Positions 53,967 to 63,167 of a DNA stretch of 64,000 nucleotides are shown here, in pieces. Positions within the stretch are counted from its first letter, which is position 1. Each line of letters opens with the position of its first letter. The notes under the pieces are model-generated. The model ran no database searches and was not told where the DNA came from. It saw nothing but the letters and a program-made list of their open reading frames with translations. The DNA is from a virus (taxonomy: Duplodnaviria > Caudoviricetes). The translations under genes and the position numbers were made by a program. The stretch covers positions 1,819-65,818 of IMG/VR virus record IMGVR_UViG_3300045999_004281; one strand, given 5' to 3'.

Positions 53967-54001
53967 GATGTATTCTCCAAAGTAGGTCGGGCACATCGCC
54001 C

Positions 54002-54033
54002 ATAACAAACCGACAGGGTTGTCGCTTTGTTAT
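54002..54033. promoter_or_regulatory. Palindromic repeat, copy 7 (longest)
   Basis: ATAACAAA-CCGAC-agggtt-GTCGC-TTTGTTAT. Confidence 0.7.
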
Positions 54034-54186
54034 CTGGCTGGCGGGCATCACCCCGTCGCCATGTATGTACTATATCAAACCAATAGATAATGGGGCGATA
54101 TTCCACACGCATCGCGGGCAGGGTTAAGTAATGGGGATGACGTGAGCGCATCGCCCGCGCCGCCTATGTATCGCAACGCACCACGC

Positions 54187-54267
54187 GGCCAGAAAAAATC
54201 GCGCCGTCTCGCTCCGGAGAGACCCGGGCAGGGCCAGAAAAAACTCCCCCTCGCTCCGGACAGACCC
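54187..54267. repeat. Degenerate tandem repeat upstream of terS (possible pac/terminus region)
   Basis: GGCCAGAAAAAA...CTCGCTCCGGA.AGACCC at 54187-54225 and 54232-54267. Confidence 0.65.
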
Positions 54268-54515
54268 CCCACCACCCAGATTTCCGTCGAGGGGGACCCC
54301 GCACACATACACAGTGTTTTGCACAGTGGAGGAGAAGAAATAGTACTTTTAACTTCTGCAAAGACCCCCCTCCCCCTTTGTTGTTTGCGGCGGGCGGCGC
54401 GGGCAAAGCTGCCGGGAAACACCCCCCGGGTAGGAGTCCCAACCTCCTTTGCTTGTCCGTTACCATATTTTTCTGTTACCCTCCGCGCATTACTGGAGTG
54501 CTTTGTTCTTCCTCC

Positions 54516-55298
54516 ATGCCACTGAACATTCAACCTGATAAGACTGTCCCCTACCCCGACACGCTTGAGCCTGAACAGGCCACCACGCTGCGGGAGAACA
54601 TGGACATCGCGGGCAACACGGCTGCGCTGCTCAGCGGGCTGCGCGGGCAAGACGTGGCGGGCGACTCCGATGACGGGGTGCCTTCGCTAGACTCCTCCAC
54701 GGACGAAGATCAGGCCAAGGCCGACGAGATCTTCAAAGCCTTTGCAGAGAAGGCCAAGCAACAGTTCGAAGAGGCTCTGTCCTCCGAAGCCGAAACGCCG
54801 GTCAAGCGCGGGCGAGGCAGGCCACGCAAGTACCCGCTGGCAGATAAGACCCCCGTCAATCCTCCGCAGTTGTATCAGGGCAATGTGGCCCAGCGCATCC
54901 GCACGATGCTCGACGAATACAACGCAGAGACAGTGGCCGACGTGGCAGAGCTGCGTCAGGTGATCACCAACAAGCTGCTCGATCTGTCGATGTGCGGTGA
55001 CCCCAAGATCGAGATCAAGGCCACGGAGATGCTGGGCAAGATCAGCGACGTGGGCCTGTTCACAGAGAAGACCGAGATCACGGTCAACTACAACTCCGTG
55101 AGCGACTTGGATCAGGCGATCAAGGACAAGGTGCGCAAGATGCTGACTGCACATGCGGTCGACATCGCTCCGATCGAGCTAGACATCGACAAAGAGCTGG
55201 GGGACACCCCGCTCATCGAGGACATCACGCCCGCCGAGCCCGCGCAGCCCGTCGCAGACAGCGGTCAAGACCAGCCGGACGTGCCCGATGAGAGCTGA
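54516..55298 (+). CDS. Putative terminase small subunit with AT-hook
   Basis: Directly upstream of and overlapping terL; KATEMLGKISDVGLFTEK..ITV; KRGRGRPRK. Confidence 0.7.
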   Translation: MPLNIQPDKTVPYPDTLEPEQATTLRENMDIAGNTAALLSGLRGQDVAGDSDDGVPSLDSSTDEDQAKADEIFKAFAEKAKQQFEEALSSEAETPVKRGRGRPRKYPLADKTPVNPPQLYQGNVAQRIRTMLDEYNAETVADVAELRQVITNKLLDLSMCGDPKIEIKATEMLGKISDVGLFTEKTEITVNYNSVSDLDQAIKDKVRKMLTAHAVDIAPIELDIDKELGDTPLIEDITPAEPAQPVADSGQDQPDVPDES

Positions 55299-56826
55299 GA
55301 AGGCCACCGGTGCACTGGACGCGGAGCTGACTGCGCTTCTTGCGCAGCTCGACAAGCTCCCGGACTCCAAAAAGCTGCAGATCTTGGCCGACTTGGAGCG
55401 CCGCGAGCAGCTCCTTGAGAAGGAGAAGGCCAGAAATACCTTCATGGGCTTCGTAAATAAGGTCTGGCCGGAGTTTATTGGGGGTAGGCACCACTCAATA
55501 ATGGCCAAAGCCTTTGAAAGGGTAGCTAATGGGGAGTGTAAACGGCTGATTATCAACATGCCGCCCCGGCATACCAAGTCGGAGTTCGCCAGTTATCTAC
55601 TTCCGGCGTGGTTTTTGGGGAAATTCCCCAACAAAAAGGTCATTCAAAGCTCAAATACCGGCGAATTGGCGGTTGGATTCGGGCGAAAAGTCCGAAATCT
55701 TGTGGATTCCGAGGTTTACGGGGACATTTTCCCGGATTTGCACCTCCAGCAGGACTCGAAAGCGGCGGGGCGGTGGAACACCAGCGCGGGCGGCGACTAC
55801 TTCGCCATCGGTGTGGGCGGTACGGTCACCGGCAAGGGTGCCAACCTGCTCATCATCGACGATCCACACTCCGAACAGGAGGCGGCGCTGGCGGCGACCA
55901 ACCCGGACGTGTTCGACAAGGTCTACGAGTGGTACACCTCGGGCCCACGGCAGCGTCTGCAGCCGGGCGGGGCCATCGTGATCGTGATGACGCGCTGGGC
56001 GCAGCGGGATTTGACGGGCCAAGTGCTCAAGGCGGCCGCTGCCCGTGGTGGCGAGCAGTGGGAGGTCATCGAGTTTCCGGCCATCATGCCCTCGGGGCGG
56101 CCCCTGTGGCCTGAGTTCTGGTCGATCGGGGAGCTGGAGGCGCTGCGGGCGGAGCTGCCCAACAGCAAGTGGCAGGCCCAGTACCAGCAGAACCCGGTGG
56201 GCAACGAGTCGGCCATCATCAAGCGTGACTGGTGGAAGTGGTGGGAGAACGAGACCCCGCCGCACTGCGAGTACATCCTGCAGACGTGGGACACGGCCTT
56301 CGAGAAGAATCAGCGGGCGGACTACTCGGCGGGCACCACGTGGGGCGTGTTCACCAACGAGGAGGACATGACCAAGAACCTCATTCTTTTGAACACGTAC
56401 AAAAAACGTGTCGAATGGGTGGAGCTGAAACGCGATGTGCTCGAGGAGTACAAGGAGTGGGAGCCCGACGGCCTGCTCATCGAGAAGAAAGCCACTGGTG
56501 CGCCCCTGATCTATGAACTCAGATCCATGGGGATCCCGGTTCAGGAGTTCACTCCAAGTAAGGGGCAGGACAAAATTGCCCGCCTGAACGCGGTCAGCGA
56601 CATAATCGCGTCTGGGAAAGTGTGGGTGCCGCGCACTCGTTGGGCCGAGGAGTTGGTCGATGAGATTGCGGCGTTTCCGTCCGGCGAACACGATGACTTG
56701 GTCGACGCGACGACTTTGGCCCTGATGAGGTTTCGTCAGGGTGGGTTTCTTCGCTTGCCCACAGATGAGCGCGAAGACATCAATTGGTTCAAGGGTTATC
56801 GCCGCGAGCGGCTCTACACAGTTTAA
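55288..56826 (+). CDS. terL: Terminase large subunit
   Basis: INMPPRHTKS (Walker A), LLIIDDPH (Walker B), MTRW, WDTA, IEKKATG, FPSGEHDDLVD. Confidence 0.96.
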   Translation: MRAEKATGALDAELTALLAQLDKLPDSKKLQILADLERREQLLEKEKARNTFMGFVNKVWPEFIGGRHHSIMAKAFERVANGECKRLIINMPPRHTKSEFASYLLPAWFLGKFPNKKVIQSSNTGELAVGFGRKVRNLVDSEVYGDIFPDLHLQQDSKAAGRWNTSAGGDYFAIGVGGTVTGKGANLLIIDDPHSEQEAALAATNPDVFDKVYEWYTSGPRQRLQPGGAIVIVMTRWAQRDLTGQVLKAAAARGGEQWEVIEFPAIMPSGRPLWPEFWSIGELEALRAELPNSKWQAQYQQNPVGNESAIIKRDWWKWWENETPPHCEYILQTWDTAFEKNQRADYSAGTTWGVFTNEEDMTKNLILLNTYKKRVEWVELKRDVLEEYKEWEPDGLLIEKKATGAPLIYELRSMGIPVQEFTPSKGQDKIARLNAVSDIIASGKVWVPRTRWAEELVDEIAAFPSGEHDDLVDATTLALMRFRQGGFLRLPTDEREDINWFKGYRRERLYTV

Positions 56827-56835
56827 GGAATCTCT

Positions 56836-59358
56836 ATGGCCACCAGCTCTATCGACAAATCTCTCTACGCTGCACCCACGGGTCTGGCGGCCGCGCTCCC
56901 TGAGCCGGAGATGGAGATCGAGATCGAGAACCCCGACGAGGTCAACATCGGCATCGGTGATGTCGAGATCAGTTTGACTCCCGACCCCCGCACGGATGAG
57001 ACGGACTTCGACGCCAACCTCGCCGAGTTCATGGATGAGAGTGCGCTGCAGAGTTTGGGGGAGGATCTGGTTGAGGACTTCGAGAAGGATGTCAACGACC
57101 GCAAGGACTGGATCCAGACGTATGTGGATGGCTTGAAGCTCTTGGGCTTGAAGTATGAAGAGCGTACAGAGCCGTGGCTTGGCGCGTGTGGTGTGTTCCA
57201 CCCCATGCTCACTGAGTCGGTGGTGCGCTTCCAGTCCGAAGGCATCACTGAGACGTTCCCGGCTGCTGGGCCCGTCAAGACCGTCATCCTCGGCAAGGAC
57301 ACCCCGCAGAAAGTAGACGCAGCCGCCCGCGTGCAGGCTGACATGAACTACCAGCTCACGGACGTCATGTACGAGTACCGACCTGAGCACGAGAAGATGC
57401 TGTGGAACTTGCCCATCGCGGGCAGCGCGTTCAAGAAGGTCTACTACGACCCGAGCAAGGGGCGGCAGATGGCGGTGTTCATCCCCGCCGAAGACATCGT
57501 CGTGCCCTACGGCGCGTCGAACCTAGAGACCGCTGAGCGTGTGACGCACGTCATGCGCAAGACCAAGAACGACGTGATCAAGTTGATGGAGGCTGGCTTC
57601 TATCGCGACGTTGACTTGGGTGAGCCGACCTATCAGCTCGACGACATCGAGAAGCAGAAGGCCGAAGAGATGGGCATGAGCGCCATCGACGACGATCGGT
57701 TCCGCATGCTCGAGATGCACGTGGACTTGAACCTCAAGGGCTTCGAGCACAAGAACAAGAAGGGTGAGGACACGGAAATCGCGTTGCCTTACGTGGTCAC
57801 GGTGGAGAAGGGCACCCGCAAGATTCTGGCGATTCGCAGGAACTGGTATGACGGCGACAAACTCCACCTCAAACGACAGCACTTCGTACATTACCAATAC
57901 ATTCCCGGGTTTGGTTTCTATGGTTATGGGCTCATCCACCTCATCGGTGGCTACGCCAAGAGCGCGACCATGCTTATCCGCCAGCTTGTTGACGCTGGCA
58001 CTCTGTCTAACCTCCCCGGTGGTCTCAAGTCCCGTGGCCTGCGAATCAAGGGAGATGACACTCCGATCGCTCCGGGAGAGTTCCGAGACGTAGACGTCCC
58101 GTCCGGCTCGATCCGCGACAACATCCTGCCGCTGCCCTACAAGGAGCCGTCGCAGGTTCTGTACTCGCTGTTCGACCGCATCGTCCAAGAGGGCCGCTCG
58201 TTCGCCTCCTCCAACGACATGAAGGTGAGCGACATGTCGGCGCAGGCCCCGGTGGGCACCACGCTGGCCCTGCTGGAGCGCCAGCTCAAGGTGATGGGTG
58301 CCGTGCAGGCGCGCATGCACTTCACGATGAAGCAGGAGTTCAAACTCCTCAAGACCATCATCGCCGACTACACCCCCGAGGACTACGACTACGAGCCGGA
58401 GGAAGGCAGCCGCCGCGCCAAGAAGTCGGACTACGACTCGGTGGACGTGATCCCCGTGAGCGATCCGAACGCCGCCACCATGGCGCAGAAGATCGTCCAG
58501 TACCAAGCCGCGCTGCAGCTTGCGCAGACCGCGCCCCAGCTCTATGACTTGGCGCAGCTCCACCGCCAGATGCTCGAGGTGCTTGGCATCAAGAACGCCA
58601 ACAAGCTCGTGCCGCTGGAGGACGACTTGGTGCCGGTGGACCCTGTGCAGGAGAACCAGAACATTCTGACTGGCAAGCCGGTTAAGGCGTTCATCGAGCA
58701 GAACCACGAGGCACACATCGCGGTGCACATGGCTGCCATCCAGAACCCCAAGATCCAGCAGCTCATGCAGATGAACCCCGCCGCGCAGCAGATCATGGCT
58801 GCCGCGATGGCGCACATCAACGAGCACATTGCCCTTGAGATGCGCAAGCAGATCGAGATGCAGATGGGCATGCCCCTGCCGCCCATGGAGGACGCAGAGG
58901 GCGACAAGGTCTCGCTGCCGCCGCAGATGGCTGATCAGATCGCCATGATGTCCGCGCAGGCTGCGCAGCAGATCCTGCAGCGCGATACCCAGCAGGCTCA
59001 GCAGGCTGCCGCTCAGCAGCAGATGCAGGACCCGGTGGTGCAGATGCAGATGCAGGAGCTCAAGCTCAAGGAAGCTGACCTGCAGCTCAAGGCTCAAAAG
59101 CAGCAGATCGAGGCGGCAGCCAAGGCCGATCAGATCCGTATCGAGGAGGCGCGCATCGCAGCGCAGAAAGAAATCGCGGCTATGCAGGTGGGAGCATCTG
59201 CGGCCGCTGCACGCGACAAGGCTCAGCGACAGCAAGAGACCGAAGGAGCACGTATGGGCATCGACGCGGCCAAACACCGCGCGCAGATGATCATGCAGCA
59301 GGCGCAACGGGCAGCGCAATCTAAACAGCCTAGCAAACCGAAGAAGGGGAATGATTGA
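56836..59358 (+). CDS. Portal protein with long Q-rich C-terminal coiled coil
   Basis: Follows terL; GSAFKKVYYD, HFVHYQYIPGFGFYG, PVGTTLALLE. Confidence 0.9.
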   Translation: MATSSIDKSLYAAPTGLAAALPEPEMEIEIENPDEVNIGIGDVEISLTPDPRTDETDFDANLAEFMDESALQSLGEDLVEDFEKDVNDRKDWIQTYVDGLKLLGLKYEERTEPWLGACGVFHPMLTESVVRFQSEGITETFPAAGPVKTVILGKDTPQKVDAAARVQADMNYQLTDVMYEYRPEHEKMLWNLPIAGSAFKKVYYDPSKGRQMAVFIPAEDIVVPYGASNLETAERVTHVMRKTKNDVIKLMEAGFYRDVDLGEPTYQLDDIEKQKAEEMGMSAIDDDRFRMLEMHVDLNLKGFEHKNKKGEDTEIALPYVVTVEKGTRKILAIRRNWYDGDKLHLKRQHFVHYQYIPGFGFYGYGLIHLIGGYAKSATMLIRQLVDAGTLSNLPGGLKSRGLRIKGDDTPIAPGEFRDVDVPSGSIRDNILPLPYKEPSQVLYSLFDRIVQEGRSFASSNDMKVSDMSAQAPVGTTLALLERQLKVMGAVQARMHFTMKQEFKLLKTIIADYTPEDYDYEPEEGSRRAKKSDYDSVDVIPVSDPNAATMAQKIVQYQAALQLAQTAPQLYDLAQLHRQMLEVLGIKNANKLVPLEDDLVPVDPVQENQNILTGKPVKAFIEQNHEAHIAVHMAAIQNPKIQQLMQMNPAAQQIMAAAMAHINEHIALEMRKQIEMQMGMPLPPMEDAEGDKVSLPPQMADQIAMMSAQAAQQILQRDTQQAQQAAAQQQMQDPVVQMQMQELKLKEADLQLKAQKQQIEAAAKADQIRIEEARIAAQKEIAAMQVGASAAAARDKAQRQQETEGARMGIDAAKHRAQMIMQQAQRAAQSKQPSKPKKGND

Positions 59359-59552
59359 ACGAACTCAAAGTACTGGCCCACGTGGCCAAAGAGATCGCCA
59401 AACTGCGGGAAGAAAACGCCGCGTTTGTAGCTGCGAGCCGCGCGGATAACTTCGCGGAGTACAAGCAAGTCTGCGGGATCATCCGGGGTCTGAACTACGC
59501 AGAGAACATCATTAACGACCTCGTGCAACGAATGGAAAAAGGCAATGACTGA
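59355..59552 (+). CDS. Small head-module protein
   Basis: EYKQVCGIIRGL motif; position after portal. Confidence 0.7.
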   Translation: MNELKVLAHVAKEIAKLREENAAFVAASRADNFAEYKQVCGIIRGLNYAENIINDLVQRMEKGND

Positions 59553-59955
59553 ATTTGATGTGCAGGCGATTGACCTGTCCGGCTTGCTCAACAAGCCTGC
59601 TGAAGAAAAAGCCAAGCAGCTCCCGGACCCCCGGACGTTCCACTTGCTTTGCGTGGTTCCCGAGGCGATGGAGGAGTACGCGGACAGTGACGTGGGCATC
59701 ATCAAGGACGCCAAGACCATGCACTACGAGGAGGTTCTGACCCCCGTGCTGTTTGTGATCAAGGTGGGCCCGGACGCCTACAAAGATACGACTCGGTTCC
59801 CTAGTGGCCCGTCGTGCAAGGAAGGCGATTTCGTTATCGTCCGCCCCAACTCGGGCACCCGCCTGAAGATCCACGGTCGTGAGTTCCGGATCATCAATGA
59901 TGACTCGGTCGAGGCCGTTGTCGAAGACCCGCGTGGGATCACCCGCGCTGCTTAA
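59545..59955 (+). CDS. groES: GroES-like co-chaperonin
   Basis: P...L.V; mobile-loop GII; VIKVGPDAY; CKEGDFV; RIINDDSVEAVV. Confidence 0.85.
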   Translation: MTEFDVQAIDLSGLLNKPAEEKAKQLPDPRTFHLLCVVPEAMEEYADSDVGIIKDAKTMHYEEVLTPVLFVIKVGPDAYKDTTRFPSGPSCKEGDFVIVRPNSGTRLKIHGREFRIINDDSVEAVVEDPRGITRAA

Positions 59956-59964
59956 GGAGTAGAT

Positions 59965-60987
59965 ATGCCACTGCCCAAGTTTGAAGGCGAAGATTTCGAG
60001 TTTCCGGACGAGAAAGAAGCCAAAGAGAAAACCAAGGCCGCCGCTGCCGAAGACGGTGACGACGGTTTCAAGATCGAGATTGAAGACGACACTCCTCCGG
60101 AGGATCGCGGCCGCAAGAGCGCGCCCCCGCCGGACGACCCGTCCGAAGATGAGCTGGCCTCCTACGACGAGAAGGTGCAGGCCCGCATCAAGAAGTTCAC
60201 CCGTGGATACCACGATGAGCGGCGCGCCAAAGAGGCCGCCCTGCGCGAGCGGGAGGCTGCTGAGCAGTACGCCCGACAGGTTCTGGAGGAGAACAAGAAG
60301 CTCCAGAAGCAGCTCGCCAGCGGCAGTCATGTGCTGATCGAGCAGTCGAAGTCAGCCGCAGTGAGCGCGCTTGAAGTAGCTAAGAAGAAGTACAAGGAAG
60401 CCTACGAGGCCGCTGACACCGACGCGATCATCGCCGCGCAAGAAGAGATTGCGAAGGCGACTTGGCGTATGGAGCAGGCCGAGCGCATGAAGCCGATCAA
60501 GGAGGAGGAGTTTGTCGCTCCGGCCGCCCCGGCACCCGCAGCTCAGGATCTCAACCCCCGCACCAAGCAGTGGGTTGAGAGCAACAAGAGCTGGTTTGGT
60601 CAGCGCGGTTACGAAGATATGACTATGATGGCGATGGGGCTTGACAGAAAGCTTCAGCAGCAATATGGTCCCGACTACGTTGGTACGGATGAATACTTCC
60701 GCACCATTGACAAGACGATGCGCAAACGTTTCCCCGAAGCCTTTGAGGACGTAGGGAGCTATGAGGAAGATGAAGACCCTCCTCCTAAAAAGAGGTCTGA
60801 ACCGGCTGACGAGGATGACACCCCGCGCCGTGCAACACGTCCTGCTGCCGTTGTGGCTCCGGCCTCACGCAGCACTCCGCCTAACCGCGTGAAACTGAAG
60901 GCATCTCAAGCGAACATCGCACGTCGACTTGGGGTCCCTTTGGAACAGTACGCCAAACAGGTTGCTTTACTTAATCGAGGTGAATGA
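59965..60987 (+). CDS. Scaffolding protein
   Basis: Acidic N-terminus, coiled coil (VQARIKKFT...ERRAKE), C-terminal IARRLGVPLEQYAK; upstream of capsid genes. Confidence 0.75.
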   Translation: MPLPKFEGEDFEFPDEKEAKEKTKAAAAEDGDDGFKIEIEDDTPPEDRGRKSAPPPDDPSEDELASYDEKVQARIKKFTRGYHDERRAKEAALREREAAEQYARQVLEENKKLQKQLASGSHVLIEQSKSAAVSALEVAKKKYKEAYEAADTDAIIAAQEEIAKATWRMEQAERMKPIKEEEFVAPAAPAPAAQDLNPRTKQWVESNKSWFGQRGYEDMTMMAMGLDRKLQQQYGPDYVGTDEYFRTIDKTMRKRFPEAFEDVGSYEEDEDPPPKKRSEPADEDDTPRRATRPAAVVAPASRSTPPNRVKLKASQANIARRLGVPLEQYAKQVALLNRGE

Positions 60988-61454
60988 TGGAACAGCAGGC
61001 TCAAACTCAAAACCGTACTCGGCGTGATTTGGAGGCCCGCGAGAAGACGCAAATGCGTCCTCAAGCATGGCGTCCGCCGGAGACGCTGCCTACGCCGGAT
61101 GATCGTCCGGGCTGGCGGCATCGCTGGATTCGCCTGAGCACGATGGGCACCGCTGACCCCAGCAACATCTCTTCTAAGCTACGCGAAGGGTACGAACCCT
61201 GCAGAGCAGAGGATTACCCCGAGCTGATGATGCACGCAACCACTGAAGGTCGATTCAAAGGGTCGATTGAAGTGGGTGGACTGTTGCTCTGCCGCATTCC
61301 GACTGAGTTTCTGGAGCAGCGTATGAAATATTACGAGGGCCAGAACTCCGCTCAGATGGATTCGGTGGACAACAACTTCCTTCGTGAAAATGATCCTCGT
61401 ATGCCTCTTTTCTCTGAAAAGAAGACGAAGGTCACTTTCGGTTCAGGTTCTTAA
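60984..61454 (+). CDS. Conserved head-module protein
   Basis: WRPP..LP.P...RWIR...LREGYEP...VGGLLLCRIP. Confidence 0.75.
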   Translation: MMEQQAQTQNRTRRDLEAREKTQMRPQAWRPPETLPTPDDRPGWRHRWIRLSTMGTADPSNISSKLREGYEPCRAEDYPELMMHATTEGRFKGSIEVGGLLLCRIPTEFLEQRMKYYEGQNSAQMDSVDNNFLRENDPRMPLFSEKKTKVTFGSGS

Positions 61455-61468
61455 ATTAGGAGTCTTCA

Positions 61469-62152
61469 ATGGCTTACCCCACCATCGACAAGCCGTATGG
61501 CTTGAAGCCGATCAATCTGATCGGTGGTCAGGTGTTCGCCGGTCAAACTCGCCAATACGTCATCGCTAGCGGATACGGTACTAGTATCTTCAACGGCGAC
61601 GTGGTGAAGATTGTCTCGACGGGCACGATTGAAAAAGACACTGGTCAAGCGACCGCCACCCCTGTCGGCATTTTCATGGGTTGTTCCTATGTCAATGCTC
61701 AGGGTCAGGTGATCTTCGCCCAGTATTTCCCGGCCAGCACCACGGCCCCCACTGGCACTGTTATCACCGCCTACGTGGCTGATGATCCGGACCAACTGTT
61801 CAAGGCTGTGCTGGTTTCTGGCAACACCGAAGACGGCAACGGTCTGACCCCCGCCTTCCTCGGCCGTACCATGATCGGCAGCAACGCTGAACTGGTGCAG
61901 AACACCGGCGTGACCGCCACTGGTGACAGCCGTATCGGTGTTTACACCGCTGCTGGTGCTACCACGACTGCGACTCTGCCGATCCGCATCATTGATGTGG
62001 TGCCCGATACCGCTAACTCGTCTGGTAACTTCTGTGAAGTGATCTGCAAGTGGAACGCGCCTTCCGCCGCAATCACCATTGACTTTACCGCTGAGACCGC
62101 TTCCGTGTCGCTGGCTGGTGGTCATCAGTACCTCAACCCGACTGGCGTTTAA
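61469..62152 (+). CDS. Capsid decoration / minor capsid protein
   Basis: PYGLKP...IFNGDVV...VGIFMGCSY...DDPD; immediately upstream of MCP. Confidence 0.65.
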   Translation: MAYPTIDKPYGLKPINLIGGQVFAGQTRQYVIASGYGTSIFNGDVVKIVSTGTIEKDTGQATATPVGIFMGCSYVNAQGQVIFAQYFPASTTAPTGTVITAYVADDPDQLFKAVLVSGNTEDGNGLTPAFLGRTMIGSNAELVQNTGVTATGDSRIGVYTAAGATTTATLPIRIIDVVPDTANSSGNFCEVICKWNAPSAAITIDFTAETASVSLAGGHQYLNPTGV

Positions 62153-62170
62153 TCGAAGGAGTAATTCAAA

Positions 62171-63082
62171 ATGGCTATTTCACGCGCACAACTGCTGAAA
62201 GAGCTGCTCCCCGGTCTGAACGCCCTGTTCGGCATGGAGTACGCTCGCTACGGCGAAGAGCACAAAGAGATCTACGAAACCGAGACCTCTGAGCGTTCCT
62301 TCGAAGAAGAAACCAAGCTGTCTGGCTTCTCCGCCGCTCCGGTGAAGAACGAAGGCTCTGCGATTGCTTATGACAACGCGCAGGAAGCTTGGTCTACCCG
62401 CTATACGCACGAAACCATCGCTCTGGGTTTCTCGATCACCGAAGAGGCAATCGAAGACAACCTGTACGACAGCCTGTCTGCTCGTTACACCAAAGCGCTG
62501 GCTCGTGCCATGGCCTACACCAAGCAGGTTAAGGCTGCTGCGGTTCTGAACAACGGCTTCTCCGCCACCTACCCCGGTGGTGACGGCGTCTCCCTGTTCA
62601 ACGCGAACCACCCGCTGGTGTCTGGTGGCGTCAACAGCAACACCCCCGCTGTCCAAATCGACCTGAACGAGACTTCTCTGGAAGCCGCCGTTATTCAGAT
62701 CGCCGCTTGGACGGACGAGCGTGGCCTGCTGATCGCTGCCAAGCCCAAGAAGATGATCGTCCCCCCGAGCCTGATGTTCGTTGCCAAGCGTCTGCTTGAC
62801 ACCGAGCTGCGGGTTGCCACTGCTGATAACGACATCAACGCTATCAAGCAGATGGGTGCGATCCCCGAGGGCTACACCGTGAACCACTTCTTGACCGATC
62901 CGAACGCTTGGTTCCTGACCACTGACGTTCCCAACGGCATGAAGCATTTCGTTCGTACCCCGCTGCAGAATTCCATGGACGGGGATTTTGACACCGGAAA
63001 CGTTCGCTACAAGGCCCGTGAGCGTTACTCCTTTGGTTGGAGTGACCCTCTCGGAATGTGGGGCTCTTCGGGCTCTACCTGA
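62171..63082 (+). CDS. Major capsid protein (Mu gpT-like, HK97 fold)
   Basis: MAISRAQLLKELLPGL...K.EG..I.YD...RERYSFGWSD; strongly biased codons; downstream terminator. Confidence 0.92.
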   Translation: MAISRAQLLKELLPGLNALFGMEYARYGEEHKEIYETETSERSFEEETKLSGFSAAPVKNEGSAIAYDNAQEAWSTRYTHETIALGFSITEEAIEDNLYDSLSARYTKALARAMAYTKQVKAAAVLNNGFSATYPGGDGVSLFNANHPLVSGGVNSNTPAVQIDLNETSLEAAVIQIAAWTDERGLLIAAKPKKMIVPPSLMFVAKRLLDTELRVATADNDINAIKQMGAIPEGYTVNHFLTDPNAWFLTTDVPNGMKHFVRTPLQNSMDGDFDTGNVRYKARERYSFGWSDPLGMWGSSGST

Positions 63083-63099
63083 TCCTCAGGTAAACCGTG

Positions 63100-63128
63100 A
63101 AAAAGGGGCCTTGTGCCCCTTTTTCTTT
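63100..63128 (+). terminator. Rho-independent terminator after MCP
   Basis: AAAAAGGGGC-cttgt-GCCCCTTTTTCTTT. Confidence 0.88.
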
Positions 63129-63167
63129 GCGCAAAAATGGCGTAGACTACATAAAAAGGAGATGTTT

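Noticed and set aside
42737-54033. CRISPR array or integron attC cassettes from the palindromic repeats
   Set aside because: Copies are short, irregularly spaced by 0.5-6 kb, and there is no cas1 or integron integrase. The Cas4-like gene is a typical phage exonuclease.
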